From the IMG/VR virus record IMGVR_UViG_2711768067_000015: a stretch of DNA of 32,307 bases. One strand, given 5' to 3'. The first letter of the stretch is position 1, and the number at the start of each line of letters is the position of its first letter. The notes below the pieces were generated by a model, which saw only the letters and a program-made list of their open reading frames with translations, was not told the DNA's origin and did no database searches. The stretch is from a virus (taxonomy: Duplodnaviria; Heunggongvirae; Uroviricota; Caudoviricetes). Below, piece after piece: positions 27,418 through 32,307 of this stretch. Both the position numbers and the translations under genes were made by a program.

Positions 27418-28025
27418 GCAGCCTCACTTCTGCTGTTTCGCAGTTTTTTAAGTTTCTGTTGATACTCCGCCTTGATGGCCCTGCACTCTTCGACAGTCCA
27501 GCGATGGCGGTTATGGTTTGATTCGATTTCGTCTACTGCTTCCTGCCCGATGCGGTTAATCAGTTCGACGCGATACGGAACGAGATTTCCGCTTTTATGT
27601 TGGTTGCACACCACGCATTGCTTGTGAATATTGCGTTCATCAAATCGGAGTTGAGGCGCCGCAGCAGTTGTCCGGTAATGCCCGGCATCCCACTGAGCAG
27701 ACGTGAGCGTTCCGCACGAGATACATGGTAAGTCGCGGTCTCTTTCTCTGATGAAGGCGTTTACGGCTTGTTGGGCTTGTTTAATCCAGTAACTGCGGGG
27801 CTTTAAGGCGAGTTTTCGAATCTTAAGTTTATCTTTCTGTTTCTGCTCCTCTCGTCGTCGTTTCTTCTCTGCTGCCTTTTCCGCTTTTTCGCGTTCTTTG
27901 CTTCGTCGTTCGAGTGCTATCTTGGTTCCACACTCTGGAGAGCACCACCACTGATTGGCGAATGCAGGGTGAAACCATTCCCGACATTCATCGTTTTTAC
28001 ATCGTCTTCGCGCTGGTTTAGCCAT
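27414..28025 (-). CDS. ninG: NinG (Rap-like recombination protein)
   Basis: 203-aa ORF with Cys-rich motifs; close to lambda NinG as I recall it. ATGA overlaps with neighbours. Confidence 0.8.
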   Translation of the reverse strand: MAKPARRRCKNDECREWFHPAFANQWWCSPECGTKIALERRSKEREKAEKAAEKKRRREEQKQKDKLKIRKLALKPRSYWIKQAQQAVNAFIRERDRDLPCISCGTLTSAQWDAGHYRTTAAAPQLRFDERNIHKQCVVCNQHKSGNLVPYRVELINRIGQEAVDEIESNHNRHRWTVEECRAIKAEYQQKLKKLRNSRSEAA

Positions 28026-28188
28026 CGTCTTCTTCCTCGTGCATCGAGCTATTCGGATCGCTCATCAGTTCTGCACAGCAGTGCTCACACACGTGAACTT
28101 CCAGCACATGCAGCTTCTGACCGCAGTTAGCGCACGTTAAAGCTCGCTCGACACTTCCTTGTTCGTAACTTCGATTTTGGTCAATCAC
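28018..28188 (-). CDS. ninF: NinF
   Basis: Hand translation gives [56 protein letters not shown] (56 aa, GTG start), matching lambda NinF as I recall it. Not in the ORF track because it is under 60 aa. Confidence 0.75.
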   Translation of the reverse strand: MIDQNRSYEQGSVERALTCANCGQKLHVLEVHVCEHCCAELMSDPNSSMHEEEDDG

Positions 28189-28363
28189 CTTGTTTTCCTC
28201 GCACGTTCTCTAAGCCACCGGATATCCCACAGGTGAGCCGTGTAGTTGAAGGTTTTTACGTCAGATTCTTTTGGGATTGGCTTGCGTTTATTTCTGGAGC
28301 GCTTCGTTGGAAGGTATTTGCAGTTTTCGCAGATGATGTCGGTGATACTTCGTCGCTGTCGTC

Positions 28364-28367
<4 letters not shown>
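28185..28367 (-). CDS. ninE: NinE
   Basis: 60-aa ORF from the ATG at 28367 ([30 protein letters not shown]...), overlapping the ninB stop as ATGA. The track's 80-aa version is an upstream extension. Confidence 0.8.
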
Positions 28368-30763
<2,396 letters not shown>

Positions 30764-30836
30764 GACTTCCCCCTCCCCCAAATAAAAAGGCCTGCGATTA
30801 CCAGCAGGCCTGTTATTAGCTCAGTGATGTAGATGG

Positions 30837-31127
30837 TCATCTTTTAACTCCATATACCGCCAATACCCGTTTCATCGCGGCACTCTGGCGACACTCCTTA
30901 AAAATCAGGTTCGTGCTCATCTTTCCTTCCCGTTCTTCCCTGGTAGCAAACCGGTAATACACCGTTCGCCAGACCTTACCTTCGATAACCAGAAGACCTG
31001 CCCGTGCCATTTTAGCCGCGGCCTGATTTATGCTGGTTACTGTTGCGCCTGTTAGCGCGGCAACGTCCGGCGCACAGAAGCTATTATGCGTCCCCAGGTA
31101 ATGAATAATTGCCTCTTTGCCCGTCAT
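30837..31127 (-). CDS. ren: Ren protein (lambda-like)
   Basis: 96-aa ORF immediately downstream of P with ATGA overlap; sequence matches lambda Ren as I recall it. Confidence 0.85.
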   Translation of the reverse strand: MTGKEAIIHYLGTHNSFCAPDVAALTGATVTSINQAAAKMARAGLLVIEGKVWRTVYYRFATREEREGKMSTNLIFKECRQSAAMKRVLAVYGVKR

Positions 31128-31825
31128 ACACTTGCTCCTTTCAGTCCGAACTTAGCTTTGATTTCTGCGATCTTCGCCAGAGCCTGTGCACGATTTAGAG
31201 GTCTACCGCCCATGACAGGAAGTTGTTTTACTGGTTCAGGGATCGCCTCACCACGGTTAATTCTCGCAGTCATATGGACAAGCTCATCTGCGGCCTTACG
31301 GCGTAATTCCGCATCAGTAAGCGCATTGGCCCGCATGTTCTGATACAGGTTGGTAACCAGCCAGTAGTGCGCGTTTGATTTCCACGGATAAGACTCCGCA
31401 TCCGGATACAGGCCTCGCTTCCGGCAATACTCGTAAACCATATCAACCAGCTCGCTGACGTTTGGCAGTCCGGCGATAACGGATGCTTCTTCCCGGCACC
31501 ATGCAACAAACTGCCCGGGTGATGGCAGAAATGGTCGATTCTGCCGACGGGCTACGCGCATTCCTGCGTTAACCTGTTCCATTGTGGTGATCCCGTTTTC
31601 CCGGAAAGCCAGAACCCACTGGCGGCGGATTTCGTTCAGTTCGTTCTGGTCACGGTTAGCCAGGCTCGCAGGGAAAGTTGCCAGTAACTGGCTGAATACA
31701 CCGTTGATTATCTGCGCTACCTGCTGTACCTGCGGCTTTTCGTCGTACTGTTCCGGCATGTTGTTGGCGCTCCGACGCATCTGCTCACGGTCAAAGTTAA
31801 CCATCTGTGCGGCGATGTTTTTCAT
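31124..31825 (-). CDS. P: Replication protein P (lambda-like helicase loader)
   Basis: 233-aa ORF; sequence MKNIAAQMVNFDREQMRR...KAKFGLKGASV is essentially lambda P as I recall it. Confidence 0.9.
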   Translation of the reverse strand: MKNIAAQMVNFDREQMRRSANNMPEQYDEKPQVQQVAQIINGVFSQLLATFPASLANRDQNELNEIRRQWVLAFRENGITTMEQVNAGMRVARRQNRPFLPSPGQFVAWCREEASVIAGLPNVSELVDMVYEYCRKRGLYPDAESYPWKSNAHYWLVTNLYQNMRANALTDAELRRKAADELVHMTARINRGEAIPEPVKQLPVMGGRPLNRAQALAKIAEIKAKFGLKGASV

Positions 31826-32307
31826 AAATCCACCCCATAAATCCAGTCAGTGTTTGTCAGGTCGAGTTTTGATTTTCCGGCTGTCACGCCAGCCTGTTGC
31901 TTGTTACGGTTGATTTCGAGTTGGGTCCACTTGTCGCGGAGTTTGGCCGGACTTAGCACGTTACCGGACCAGAAGTTGTCCTGGCATGCCCAGCGGAACA
32001 GCACGCACATGTCGCGGTGGTTACGTCCGTCACGTTCACGCATCAGGCGGATATCGTTAGCCCACCCTGCAAAATTCGGTTTTCTGGCTGATGGCGCGAT
32101 GGTCTTCACCATGTCAAACATCCACTCTGCGGCGGTCAGGTCTTCTGCTGTCCCCCACTTGCTGCCGCTCTGAATTGCAGCATCCGGTTTCACCACAGAA
32201 AGGTCGTTTTCTGGCTGGTCAGAGGATTCGCCAGAATTCTCTGACGAATAATCTTTTCTTTTTTCTTTTGTAATAGTGTCTTTTGTGTCCCCCTGTTTTG
32301 AGGGATA
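31822..32307 (-). CDS. O: Replication initiator O, C-terminal part (5'-truncated by the window edge)
   Basis: Frame is open from the window edge to the stop at 31822, with C-terminal sequence ...TDWIYGVDL overlapping the P start. The track ORF starting at 32196 uses an internal GTG. Confidence 0.8.
   Translation of the reverse strand, partial: YPSKQGDTKDTITKEKRKDYSSENSGESSDQPENDLSVVKPDAAIQSGSKWGTAEDLTAAEWMFDMVKTIAPSARKPNFAGWANDIRLMRERDGRNHRDMCVLFRWACQDNFWSGNVLSPAKLRDKWTQLEINRNKQQAGVTAGKSKLDLTNTDWIYGVDL
32225..32307 (-). other. Partial ori-lambda-like origin: AT-rich region plus adjacent iteron inside the O gene
   Basis: Minus strand reads TATCCCTCAAAACAGGGGGA (iteron-like inverted-repeat element) followed by ACACAAAAGACACTATTACAAAAGAAAAAAGAAAAGATTATTCG (AT-rich), in the arrangement of the lambda origin within O. 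Confidence 0.65.

Overview
This window is the late/right part of a mosaic lambdoid prophage (E. coli-like), lying in reverse orientation so that nearly every gene is on the minus strand. All calls are by eye from the sequence and ORF track; no searches were run, so family names are recognition from memory.

Reading from high to low coordinates:
- **Replication and nin region:** a partial ori-lambda-like AT-rich region and iteron inside a 5'-truncated O gene, then lambda-like P and ren, a ninB gene split by a complete 1954-bp IS21-family element (IS100-like, istA/istB, 5-bp GTTGG target duplication), then ninE, ninF, ninG and ninI.
- **Late control and lysis:** a phage 82/933W-type Q antiterminator, two tRNA-like genes, and a phage-21-type lysis cassette (pinholin, SAR endolysin, Rz with embedded Rz1).
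- **Accessory gap:** a small region with two divergent small genes between lysis and packaging.
- **Packaging and head:** small and large terminase, portal, head morphogenesis protein, scaffold-like protein and major capsid protein.
- **Myovirus-type tail:** sheath, tube, a chaperone with a candidate -1 frameshift site, tape measure, and Mu-like baseplate genes (gp45- to gp48-like).
- **Tail fibre locus:** two identical tail fibre genes separated by a chimeric ORF, followed by the tail fibre assembly gene.
- **Left edge:** a visibly AT-rich hexapeptide-repeat acyltransferase gene on the plus strand.

The most interesting observations are the rearranged tail fibre locus, which carries an alternative receptor-binding tip cassette, and a promoter-gene-terminator moron encoding a small membrane protein (plus a tightly coupled secreted protein) inside the baseplate operon. 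Also notable are the precisely mapped IS insertion in ninB and the accessory region between lysis and packaging.
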